Shown: positions 19,145 through 28,222, numbered from the stretch's first letter. The stretch: 64,000 bases of DNA from Gammaproteobacteria bacterium (GCA_050123335.1 JASFHH010000001.1:61209-125208); one strand, 5' to 3'. Notes: generated from the sequence alone by a model not told the origin. Numbers and translations are program-made.

Positions 19145-19954
19145 TTAAGCTAGCGGAACATAGATTTTTTCTGTCTCACCAATGTGTTCCATAAAACAAA
19201 ATCGTTTTTTGTCAAAATTTTCTTTGCTGTCAGGCAGCCATTTTAAGAAAATTCTATCGTATGTATTAGCGATTTGTTCATGTGAACCTTGATGTGTAAA
19301 AATCGCATATTTGCCGCCAGGTATGATCTTACGCGCAATTTCTCCTGTTATTTGAATATTTTGATCATCCTCAATACAAGCATCAAAGCGTATTTTTTCA
19401 TCTTCTGTGATTTTGGGATCATCATGTCCGATGCTAATATATCGGCGTTTTTCATTAAGATGATTTTTCTTTATAAATGCTTTCATTGCATCCCAAGCAT
19501 CGTGCGCAGAAATATCATAGTTTCCAGTTCTTCTGATAAATAAAATTGGGATATCAGGTACATTTTTAATTTCATCAGGTTGTATCATTGGTAAGTCACT
19601 AAATTTATTTTCTATCATGTTCAACTCCTTATAAAGTAATCGATAAGAGCGCGGACTTGCTCCCACACATTGTTTAAATGCTTTTGCAAATGCAGATTGA
19701 GTTTCAAAATTAGCATCCAGTGCTATATCAGTGATGCTTTGACTTCCGTAACGCAATTTCCCCATGGCTTTTTCCAACCTTAGGCGTCTCACATATTGAT
19801 GTACGCTTTCACCAACAATGAATCGAAAAACCCGCTGAAAATGAAAATCAGAATAGCAAGCAGCTTGTGCTAATTCTGCGATTGTCATTTCATCTTGAAT
19901 ATGATCCTCGATATAAGTTAATACCTTGAGAATTCTTTTGGCATATTCTTTCAT
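19145..19954 (-). CDS. AraC-family transcriptional regulator with GyrI-like effector domain
   Basis: AraC HTH region ('FHFQRVFRFIVGESVHQYVRRLRL', 'FETQSAFAKAFKQ') plus a C-terminal GyrI/SOUL-like half. SD 'aaggaag' lies before ATG 19954. Confidence 0.8.
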   Translation of the reverse strand: MKEYAKRILKVLTYIEDHIQDEMTIAELAQAACYSDFHFQRVFRFIVGESVHQYVRRLRLEKAMGKLRYGSQSITDIALDANFETQSAFAKAFKQCVGASPRSYRLLYKELNMIENKFSDLPMIQPDEIKNVPDIPILFIRRTGNYDISAHDAWDAMKAFIKKNHLNEKRRYISIGHDDPKITEDEKIRFDACIEDDQNIQITGEIARKIIPGGKYAIFTHQGSHEQIANTYDRIFLKWLPDSKENFDKKRFCFMEHIGETEKIYVPLA

Positions 19955-20167
19955 TTGCGATTCTTCCTTATTTGCGTGAAGCAAGTATAGTAGATGATTT
20001 GAGAGAAAACTTTTCCAATTCTGCTAAGTTATTACTTACTCATAAATTGTTTCTATTTTTAAGCTTTATATGAGGAAAGCAAGATATTTGCTTCTGATTT
20101 GGGAAGCTAGATTGTTTGAAAAATCACCAAATAGCAAAATTAGCCAATGTAAGCTCATCTGGGTAAC

Positions 20168-20234
20168 TCCTTTAGTTCAAAAGTGTTACCTATGTCTTCG
20201 GTATAATCTGTAACCTTTGTCTCCGATATAGACC
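20168..20234. repeat. Direct repeat copy A (GTTACCnATGTCTyCGrTATA-type)
   Basis: Shares a run of 29 identical nt, 'caaaagtgttacctatgtcttcggtataa', with 21487-21554, plus a further about 28 nt with 6 mismatches. It contains two internal half-repeats of about 21 nt. Confidence 0.75.
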
Positions 20235-20343
20235 TATGTAATTAAATTTAGGACTAATACATAGGATTAACAAATCAGCATTATACATTATTGGTCAAGA
20301 ATAGTAGAATTGAATTTTTTGCAAAGAAAGAGAATACTATATC

Positions 20344-20943
20344 ATGCTAATAACAGCAGTTCTTATTCTTACAGCATATTTATGCGGATCTGTTTCCAGC
20401 GCAGTAATTGTAAGTAAATTATTAAGACTACAAGATCCTCGTTCTGGCGGTTCAGGTAACCCTGGAATGACCAATGTATTACGGTTATCAGGCAAAAAAG
20501 CAGCAGCATTGGTATTTCTTGGTGATGTTTTTAAAGGTGCTTTCCCTGTATTACTGGCTAGATTATTACATATTGACGGATTGTGGCTAGGTTTGGTCGG
20601 TTTAGCAGCAGTAATTGGGCATATTTTTCCAGTATTTTTCAAATTTGAAGGAGGAAAAGCTATTGCCACATCGTTTGGAGTGGTAATTATTTTATCACCA
20701 GCAATAGCACTTTTATCATTAGCTACTTGGTTAGTAGTAGCAGTGGTATCACGTTACTTATCATTGGCGTCAATTATTGGAACTGTCTCTGCGCTGATTT
20801 ATGCGTTGTATTTTCGCCAATTTATGTACATTATTCCATTTGTCATCATAGCAGTATTAATAATATGGCGACATAAATCTAATATAAAAAGGTTATATCA
20901 AGGCAGTGAAAACAAAATCAACTTGGAGTCGAAAAGAGCCTAG
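20344..20943 (+). CDS. plsY: Glycerol-3-phosphate acyltransferase PlsY
   Basis: 199 aa. 'GSGNPGMTNVLR' and 'KGGKAIATSFG' are PlsY signature motifs. Confidence 0.9.
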   Translation: MLITAVLILTAYLCGSVSSAVIVSKLLRLQDPRSGGSGNPGMTNVLRLSGKKAAALVFLGDVFKGAFPVLLARLLHIDGLWLGLVGLAAVIGHIFPVFFKFEGGKAIATSFGVVIILSPAIALLSLATWLVVAVVSRYLSLASIIGTVSALIYALYFRQFMYIIPFVIIAVLIIWRHKSNIKRLYQGSENKINLESKRA

Positions 20944-21108
20944 ATAAAAATCATGGTAATGTATTAAAAAATTCAGACTGTTTGCTGTATTTTCTTGTTG
21001 CAAAAAACCAACTTATTGTCCATAATAACAATACACAGTCTCTGTGCCCGAACGGTCCCCGATGGGTGTGCCTGGCGAGAAATCTCTAGTCTAGGGCATG
21101 GAGGCGAC

Positions 21109-21282
21109 TTATCCTAACGACCAAATGTTTGCAATTTTTCTTCTATTCGTTAAAATATCTAGCCATCTTTTATGATTTTTACGAGTACTATCATTTGCTC
21201 TGGCGATTGCACCAACAACCATATCTGCCAGCTGAATCAAGCTATCCCTCTTAGAATCAACAAATTTTAAGCTTGCTATTTT
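21109..21282 (-). pseudogene. C-terminal remnant of a DUF3800-family gene
   Basis: The minus-strand frame reads 'SLKFVDSKRDSLIQLADMVVGAIARAN...*' and is preceded by an in-frame stop with no start codon. 'DS...IQLADxVxGAI' matches my recollection of the DUF3800 C-terminal motif. Confidence 0.5.
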
Positions 21283-21486
21283 TTGACTTCAAATATGATT
21301 TTGCAAGCTTCGCTGCCAAAACAAGATGGTGATGCGCAATTAGCTGAAACACTAATTGCTTGAAATAGAAAATTTTTTTTCGAAGCTACGATTCAAATTT
21401 GAAATTATCGCGAGCTAATTAGTCTTATGAATTATAATTTAGGCTGCTTTGATGAAAATAATTGTAAATTTGAGCCTTTGGATAAT

Positions 21487-21554
21487 CCTTTTGGTCCAAA
21501 AGTGTTACCTATGTCTTCGGTATAAAACGTAACCCATGTCTCCGGTATAGACCC
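21487..21554. repeat. Direct repeat copy B, 13 bp from the tRNA-Thr 3' end
   Basis: See 20168-20234. Confidence 0.75.
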
Positions 21555-21566
21555 TTGAAAAAAGAC

Positions 21567-21639
<73 letters not shown>

Positions 21640-21689
21640 AATTTAAAATAACAACTTCGATAGACTATAAACCAAGTACCCATCCATGG

Positions 21690-21786
21690 TGTATTTGCCC
21701 AGCCCGACATCCATGTCGGGCGTTCGCCGGGGCAAAGCAGTGCTTTGCCCAAACAGCACCGGCTCACCCATCTGAGCTACCCCGGC
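21690..21786 (-). pseudogene. tRNA 5'-half-like fragment fused to GC-rich palindromic sequence
   Basis: The minus strand starts GCCGGGGTAGCTCAGATGGGTGAGC, close to nt 1-25 of the adjacent tRNA-Thr, but has no T-arm. Two perfect hairpins follow: GGGCAAAGCA/TGCTTTGCCC and GCCCGACAT/ATGTCGGGC. Confidence 0.5.
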
Positions 21787-22112
21787 TTTCTGTTATTTTT
21801 CAATGACTTATGCTGTCTTTGTTTATTGTGAAAAGGCCGCTTGTGTGCTATTCTCGCGATTCTTTTCGATGCAATTATACATTGTTATTATAACAATGGA
21901 ATAGCATAAATTTTACGTTAGTATTGCTGCTTGGCTTTTACAACAAGTTAGTGCATAAGAACCATTCACTAAGGAAGCGATTTTTTTGCTTTTGGTAAGG
22001 AAACCTTAAGAATTGACTGCTATTATTTGTAATAAATGATGATATTTGCTGATCAAATGGGAAATGTCTAATAATATATTTATTAATAACTTGCATACGG
22101 GAGTATCAATTA

Positions 22113-23129
22113 ATGTTCTCAACGAAAAATTTGGAAATAACAAAGAAGGAGTCAAAAAAATACGATTCGGCGATTGAAGGTTACAGCAAAGCAATAGAAA
22201 TTGATAAGAATGATGTAAGCGCATATTTTTGCAGAGCTCTAATTTATAGTGTGTTTAAAAAGTATGATTTGGCGATTAAAGATTTCAGCAAAGCAATAGA
22301 AATTGATAAGAATTATGTAGATGCATATTTTGAAAGAGCTCTAATGTATCGTGCGTTAAAAAATTACGATTTGGCGATTAAAGATTTCAGCAAAGTAATA
22401 GAAATTGATAAGAATTATGTAGAGGCATATTTTTGCAGAGCTCAAATTTATTGTAAGTCAAAAGAATACGATTTGGCGATTAAAGATTTCAGCAAAGTAA
22501 TAGAAATTGAGAAAAATTATGTAAACGCATATTTTGAAAGAGCTCTAATTTATAGTGGGTTTAAAAAGTACGATTTGGCGATTAAAGATTTCAGCAAAGC
22601 AATAGAAATTGATAAGAATTATGTAGAGGCATATTTTTGCAGAGCTCAAATTTATTATAAGTCAAAAGAATACGATTTGGCGATTAAAGATTTCAGCAAA
22701 GCAATAGAAATTGATAAGAATTGTGTAAACGCATATTTTGAAAGAGCTCTAATTTATAGTGGGTTTAAAAAGTACGATTTGGCGATTAAAGATTTCAGCA
22801 AAGCAATAGAAATTGATAAGAATTATGTAGATGCATATTTTTGCAGAGCTGTAATGTATTATGAGTTAAAAAAATACAACTTGGCGATTCGGGATTGTAA
22901 AAAGGTGCTTAAAATTAATCCGAACCATGATAATGCTAGAGAACAGTTAGGACGATGCTTTGAAAAGAAAAAAGAGTATATTCTTGCACTAAAAGAATTT
23001 TCTAAAATGGCAAATGAAAATAAAAAAAAGAATAACAGAGACAGGGTGTTAAAAAAAATGAAGCGCGAAATTTTGGGTAATTCATCCTGGGAGTCTCAGG
23101 AAAACCAAGTGTTTCGTCCCAATCCTTAG
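22113..23129 (+). CDS. Tetratricopeptide (TPR) repeat protein
   Basis: 338 aa with at least 8 consecutive 34-aa units 'YDLAIKDFSKAIEIDKNYV.AYF.RA.IY...K.'. No signal peptide is seen. Confidence 0.85.
   Translation: MFSTKNLEITKKESKKYDSAIEGYSKAIEIDKNDVSAYFCRALIYSVFKKYDLAIKDFSKAIEIDKNYVDAYFERALMYRALKNYDLAIKDFSKVIEIDKNYVEAYFCRAQIYCKSKEYDLAIKDFSKVIEIEKNYVNAYFERALIYSGFKKYDLAIKDFSKAIEIDKNYVEAYFCRAQIYYKSKEYDLAIKDFSKAIEIDKNCVNAYFERALIYSGFKKYDLAIKDFSKAIEIDKNYVDAYFCRAVMYYELKKYNLAIRDCKKVLKINPNHDNAREQLGRCFEKKKEYILALKEFSKMANENKKKNNRDRVLKKMKREILGNSSWESQENQVFRPNP
22161..22976 (+). repeat. Intragenic tandem repeat, 102-bp unit (204-bp super-unit)
   Basis: 'gatttggcgattaaagatttcagcaaag' recurs every 102 bp. 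Alternate units (YFERAL and YFCRAQ types) are nearly identical at the DNA level. Confidence 0.85.
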
Positions 23130-23214
23130 GTTTAATAATCGAATTACCATCTTTATTTCAGTCTGTAAAAAAATGTGAAAATGATCGCGCATATCCAATA
23201 AATAATTTCGGTGA

Positions 23215-23697
23215 TTAATCAATCTGTGCTAACAACACCACATAATTTTTCCCATAAGCTTTTGCGCATTTGGGGCAGGTTGTGTAATAAAAATAAAGTT
23301 GCTTAAGCGTATGGCCTTTTTCAGTTACATAATTTTCCATCTCTTTAGCCCATTTGCCGGCATTTTTATAAGGACCTTCAAAGACTTTACTCAGAAACTT
23401 TCCTGAGATAGTGACCATTTGTGCTCCTTCGACATCTTTAGTTACAGCAAGATAAATATCTGCGCCCCACGAGGATTTCTCATCTGCCAGGAAAATAAAT
23501 TCTTCTGGTTTCGCTCCTGCTTTTTCTATTAGCTCAACATTTTTAATAATCTTGCTTTTCATGTTTAGTGGAATATGTAAAAAACTTATTACGTGATCTT
23601 TGACGAATTTTTTGTTCTGCCAGATTATTTCTTTATTTTGCCACGGTTCTGGATTAAACGGCTCGCAGCAGCCGGTTGATTTCATTTGCTTGTCCAT
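23215..23697 (-). CDS. Conserved hypothetical protein (N-terminal 'CCEPFNPEPW', C-terminal CxxC)
   Basis: 160 aa. I recognise the 'CC.PF.P.PW....I.W..K.F.KD.V.SF.HIPLN ... YYTTCPKCAK.YGKNYVVLLAQ' pattern as a widespread uncharacterised family. Confidence 0.6.
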   Translation of the reverse strand: MDKQMKSTGCCEPFNPEPWQNKEIIWQNKKFVKDHVISFLHIPLNMKSKIIKNVELIEKAGAKPEEFIFLADEKSSWGADIYLAVTKDVEGAQMVTISGKFLSKVFEGPYKNAGKWAKEMENYVTEKGHTLKQLYFYYTTCPKCAKAYGKNYVVLLAQID

Positions 23698-23833
23698 ATT
23701 TTGTTCCTCTGATTTTTAATTGAAACCGCATTATACCAAAATTTTGATTATGCGTATTGAATAATTGCCTATATATCAAAATGTTCTTAAAATTAGAGTA
23801 GATAAGGAACCATTGAAGCATCTGAAAGTATAT

Positions 23834-24589
23834 TCATCGTAAAGAAATTTGGTTATCATATTTTTGTAAAACTTTCATTTTTTTATTGCTTGATGTGATT
23901 GTAGGTTCTAATTTTAGCATAATTCTGGTTTTTGATAACAAGGAGTGTCGTAGTTGTTCTATTGCTGTTTTGCTTTGAAATTTAAAATTTAGCTGCTTTA
24001 ATCTGCGGAGAATCGCGGTGACAGATGAAATGGTATGTTTGGGCGTAATTGATGTTTTAGTGAAATAAAATTTTGAGTCTAGCCATTTCGTTAGATAGTT
24101 ATTTGTTTTAATAAGATTCATTGTGTCTCTTGATGGTTTTTGTTTGGCAGCAAAAATAACCCCTCTGGATATGTATAAGGCTTCTTTCTCTATAAAACAT
24201 CCTTGATTAATTTTCATATGCTTAAAACCTATTTTGTTTAATACATAGGTAATTATTTTGTTAACAGGCAAATGCCAAACTCCATCCCAAAAGAAAGCCC
24301 CATCATTTTCAAGCAGATAGTGAATGTTTTTTAGCGCAGGTATTAAATTATTTTTGGACATCTCTGAAATATGTTCAACATATATACATTTAAATCTTCC
24401 TTTGAGTTTTGAAATTTTTTTAATATTTAGATCAGAGATATCGCATATCAAATCTGGTTTGGCCGATTTTTTAATATCTAATGTATAAAAAATATCTTTA
24501 TTTTTACGCGCAATTTTTGGGTATGCCCATCCAGTTGCTACTATTAAAATTTTACCTGTAAATTTTTTTATATTTCTATTAAATGTCAT
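23834..24589 (-). CDS. Hypothetical protein; N-terminal half resembles a degenerate class I methyltransferase fold
   Basis: 251 aa. 'ILIVATGW...TLDI...PDLICDISDL...FKCIYVEHISE...LLENDGAFF' follows MTase strand order but lacks a Gly-rich SAM loop. The tail is basic. Long AT-rich spacers flank the gene. Confidence 0.5.
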   Translation of the reverse strand: MTFNRNIKKFTGKILIVATGWAYPKIARKNKDIFYTLDIKKSAKPDLICDISDLNIKKISKLKGRFKCIYVEHISEMSKNNLIPALKNIHYLLENDGAFFWDGVWHLPVNKIITYVLNKIGFKHMKINQGCFIEKEALYISRGVIFAAKQKPSRDTMNLIKTNNYLTKWLDSKFYFTKTSITPKHTISSVTAILRRLKQLNFKFQSKTAIEQLRHSLLSKTRIMLKLEPTITSSNKKMKVLQKYDNQISLR

Positions 24590-24912
24590 TATTTTTATGT
24601 TTTATTATAAAAGTGTAGTTTATTTTTTTATATGCAAACTTTCTTACAACAATTTTTATTTTTTTGTTTGCTTTTCATCATTAAGTATTTTACTAATATT
24701 TAATCATTAATACAACGATGCTTATTGGTATTCATCAGCAGTCACTTTTCAAATGCTGATGGTGAAAGGCTTATGTATAGTACAAAAAACTGGACACACA
24801 TTAATAACATAAGTATGCTAAACCATACTTAATATGGGTCGCACATCACAATTAATATTAACTAAGAATTCAGAGAAACACAGTCGTTTTTCTGAATTTT
24901 AAGGAGGAAGAC

Positions 24913-26541
24913 ATGTTTGTATCTATAGTAGAAATATTAGACCAAGCTTACTATATACACTATGAGATGGAAGAGCTAATAAAAGGGCTACAAAAATCTA
25001 AAGAAAATGGATTAAAGCAACAGTATTGTGTAGATGCAATAGATTCAAGTATTGATGAAATATATGAGCATTCAGAAAAACTATATGTCTATGCAAAAAA
25101 ATCTAAATGTTCTGTTGACTATTCGATAGAACGTGATATCCAAATGATTTTAGATTATTTGGAACAGGTTAAATCTAAAATTGTTCGGCAAAATAAAATG
25201 GATATTCTTAATTCAGATTCTTCAAAGCTTCTCATGATGAGATCATATTTACGACGGCATAAATCAGCATGTCCTACTTGTTTTGTGCATAATTCGGATA
25301 AAAAAATGAGCGTAAAAATGCTTAATAGTACTGTATTTGACATGTGTGGAATATCTGGTGTATGGAATGAAAAATATATATTGCACTTAGGTGATTGGGT
25401 AGTTGGCCTATTACAGACAGGGCTACATTTGGGTGATGATGTAATAATTTATAGCAGTGATAATGCATATATGTTAATGTTGGAAAACGCATTTGCTGCA
25501 GAGCGCTTATTTTATGATTTAGAAAGCTTGACAGATTATAAAAAATCCCAAGCCATACAGTTAAAACATCGTTTTTTTAATAATAGAACAGCAAAAAAAC
25601 CACAGCCTGTTAATTTGCAGAACGAATCAGGCAGAATTATCATTATAGCTTATTCCAATGCGTTAAAATTGGCTCTTCATAATATTGACAAAACAAAGCT
25701 TACTAGCAAAAAAGATATATTAAAGCACGTAACTTGGCCGAGAAAAGGAAAAGGAAGTTGGAATTATGAGAAGATACTGCGTGGGCGGTTAGCGTACCGA
25801 AAGAAAGATAAGCCGTTAGGTATAACATATCAATTCCAACCAATGCCTGGTCATTTGGGAAATATTTTTACCAGAGGTGTTGGTCGTTACGGAACTAACA
25901 AACTAGCAGATATTTTATCTGTAATAAACAAATTAACAGGACAGAATCATGAAAAAGAAAAAAAACTTGCTAAATTATTCCTAAACTACAAGAAAGGTAA
26001 AAGTGATGCTTTATCTGCCGATTCTTTACGAGAAAATGGTTTTTTAGTGCCAAGCACAGCATGTGCTAGAAGAAAGCTTATTAATGCCATTAACAAAATT
26101 GCATTTTTAGTTTGTTTCCAAGAAGTGTATAGGAGAAAAAATCAAGGTTACAAAAAATCATCTGATGGTTTGCCAGTCAAAATATTGGAATTGCCATTTG
26201 GCGTAGCTGTATCTAGTGCTTTGAAATTAATTGCCGATGGTCATTTACGAATGCGAGAAGTATTTGATAGTGATTCTAAATATGGTGTATTTACTGGACA
26301 AAGCATCATGAATAAAAATATAAAAAATACCATTCAGAAATTTAACCAACTCTTTGTTTTTTTCTTTGATGTTTATATAGCTGATATATTTGCATTTAAA
26401 AATAAAAGCCAAAAATTATATGATGTTTTTGAAATTCAACAAGAGTTAGGCGAAGAAGTAATAACAAAGGTACCACAAAATTTTTATGCCAGATTATTAC
26501 GCAATACAGATGAGAAAACAAATAAGTTATCGATTAGTTAA
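24913..26541 (+). CDS. Hypothetical protein, 542 aa (orphan; effector candidate)
   Basis: Long ORF with a strong SD 'aaggagga' 6 nt upstream. No domain recognised. Confidence 0.6.
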   Translation: MFVSIVEILDQAYYIHYEMEELIKGLQKSKENGLKQQYCVDAIDSSIDEIYEHSEKLYVYAKKSKCSVDYSIERDIQMILDYLEQVKSKIVRQNKMDILNSDSSKLLMMRSYLRRHKSACPTCFVHNSDKKMSVKMLNSTVFDMCGISGVWNEKYILHLGDWVVGLLQTGLHLGDDVIIYSSDNAYMLMLENAFAAERLFYDLESLTDYKKSQAIQLKHRFFNNRTAKKPQPVNLQNESGRIIIIAYSNALKLALHNIDKTKLTSKKDILKHVTWPRKGKGSWNYEKILRGRLAYRKKDKPLGITYQFQPMPGHLGNIFTRGVGRYGTNKLADILSVINKLTGQNHEKEKKLAKLFLNYKKGKSDALSADSLRENGFLVPSTACARRKLINAINKIAFLVCFQEVYRRKNQGYKKSSDGLPVKILELPFGVAVSSALKLIADGHLRMREVFDSDSKYGVFTGQSIMNKNIKNTIQKFNQLFVFFFDVYIADIFAFKNKSQKLYDVFEIQQELGEEVITKVPQNFYARLLRNTDEKTNKLSIS

Positions 26542-26559
26542 AGGAGAGGGCAATACATT

Positions 26560-26630
26560 ATATATCCGATCTCCTACAAAATCTTCCAGTTTTTTAACCC
26601 ATGGTATCTGAGATTTTTTTGCTTAAAGTA
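26560..26630. repeat. About 70-bp repeat, copy 1 (just 3' of the 542-aa gene)
   Basis: 'atatatccgatctcctacaaaatcttccagttttttaaccc..gagatttttttgcttaaagta' aligns with 27336-27408 at roughly three quarters identity (hand alignment). Confidence 0.65.
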
Positions 26631-26697
26631 TATAAAATTGTCGCCAAGCGATGACTGAAAATGATTGAAATTTCTATTGCGACTTGTGACTTATATG

Positions 26698-26726
26698 TTG
26701 ACATGTTCATTTAATATAGATAGTAT
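26698..26726 (+). promoter_or_regulatory. Sigma70-like promoter candidate (TTGACA-17-TAGTAT)
   Basis: Exact -35 TTGACA at 26698-26703, a 17-nt spacer and TAGTAT at 26721-26726, about 245 nt upstream of the hfq-like start codon. Confidence 0.3.
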
Positions 26727-26970
26727 CCCTTTTCTTCAACAAGGATAACAGTGTAATTGTTGTAGTTGATGTAATTTATAGTGGAACTATAATATCAAAA
26801 ATAATAAGTTATATACTTACGTAAATACGTCTATAATTAAAATTAAAATCATACTATTCGTATGCAACTAGCATATACATTATAAAAATAAAATGCAGTA
26901 CTTGTTTTGCTTGAATCAAAATAATTACAGCTTTTTTTATAAATGTAACAAATAGCTAGAGGCGTATTGT

Positions 26971-27312
26971 ATGGTTATTCCTGCAAGAAGATTTAGAAGT
27001 AATAATATAAATATTACCAATCTTGAAAAAAATGAAGAATCTTGTGACAAACCTGATGGTTGTGTCAATAATGTTAATGAAGCTACTCCACTTCAAACAA
27101 ATAAGCCAATAAATAATGTAAAATTACAAAATCAATTTAAAAAGGACCACCTTAATGAAGAATGTGCAATTTACTTAATTAGTGGAATTAAGCTGCAGGG
27201 ATATTTACGTGATTTTGACGAGGAAATTATTATTTTAGAATCTTTGGATGATACTAGAGAACAGGTGATAATATATCAAAGTACAATCGCGACTATTCAA
27301 TTTAAAATTTAG
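26971..27312 (+). CDS. Divergent Hfq-like (Sm-fold) protein with 50-aa N-terminal extension
   Basis: The C-terminal part 'LQNQF..AIYLISGIKLQGYLRDFDEEIIILES..QVIIYQSTIATI' aligns with Hfq Sm1/Sm2 ('LQDPF..[38 protein letters not shown]'). SD 'agagg' lies 9 nt upstream. Confidence 0.65.
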   Translation: MVIPARRFRSNNINITNLEKNEESCDKPDGCVNNVNEATPLQTNKPINNVKLQNQFKKDHLNEECAIYLISGIKLQGYLRDFDEEIIILESLDDTREQVIIYQSTIATIQFKI

Positions 27313-27335
27313 TATATATCTGCAAGCAATTGGCC

Positions 27336-27408
27336 ATATATCCAATTTCTTACAAAATTTTCCAGCTTTTGAACCTGTGGGGACAGTGATTTTTTTGCTA
27401 TAAAAGTA
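27336..27408. repeat. About 70-bp repeat, copy 2 (just 3' of the hfq-like gene)
   Basis: See 26560-26630. Confidence 0.65.
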
Positions 27409-27796
27409 ACTACAAGAATCAACAATATTCACCGCTCAACATGGAAGCCCACAAACAAGGATGTTACGGTGAATGTCATTTTATTTAAAACCTCATAAAA
27501 TCAATAACTTGTATTTTATGGTAACAGCAAATGTCTTATAAAGAAAATAATCCATATTTTTCTTGCGGATTCCTGGGCTTTTTCTATACAATTCATATGA
27601 AACTTCAGACTATGATGGTCTTATCTGGTATCGATTCTGAGCACTGAGGCTCAAGTTTTATTTAATGTTGTGTTTACATGGTGTAAAGCGAGAGCATGGA
27701 TCTTAATTTTTTAAAACTGCTCTTATAGTTAGGACAACAACAACAGTAATTATTATTAACTTAAAAGAAGCATTTTTAAAAAATAGGAAGATTACA

Positions 27797-28222
27797 ATGA
27801 TAAAAAAATTATATATAACGATTATGTGTATATGCACTTTTACATTAAGCGGTTGCGCATCGGTGGTTAATGGTGTTAATCAAAGTGTATCGGTATCAAC
27901 GCCGCCAACTAAAGCAGCAACTTGTGCATTATCTAATAGCAAAGGCAAATGGTTTGTTAATAAGACGCCTGGTTCGGTAGTTGTACACCGTGCTTATGGC
28001 CCTTTAAAAATTGTTTGTCATAAGCCAGGATATGTTTCTGCAACTAAGCAAGTAGAATCAAACACAAAAGCTATGGCTTTTGGTAATGTTCTTATGGGCG
28101 GAGCTATTGGAGCTGGGGTAGATGTTGCTGATGGCGCTGCTTATGATTATCCGACTAACATTATCATACCGATGCATAAAATATCACAAAAAACAAAACA
28201 AAAAGTAAAGCAAAAGATTTAA
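27797..28222 (+). CDS. Lipoprotein, unknown function
   Basis: 141 aa. The signal peptide ends in lipobox 'LSGC'. A Gly/Ala-rich segment lies near the C-terminus. Confidence 0.7.
   Translation: MIKKLYITIMCICTFTLSGCASVVNGVNQSVSVSTPPTKAATCALSNSKGKWFVNKTPGSVVVHRAYGPLKIVCHKPGYVSATKQVESNTKAMAFGNVLMGGAIGAGVDVADGAAYDYPTNIIIPMHKISQKTKQKVKQKI

Noticed and set aside
21041-21110. A GC-rich 70-bp stretch ('ctctgtgcccgaacggtccccgatgggtgtgcctggcgag...ggcatggaggcgac') downstream of plsY, considered as a possible small RNA or RNA-gene fragment.
   Set aside because: I cannot fold or match it to any known RNA family by eye. It is adjacent to the pseudogene debris and may be a relic of foreign DNA. It is left as unexplained rather than called.
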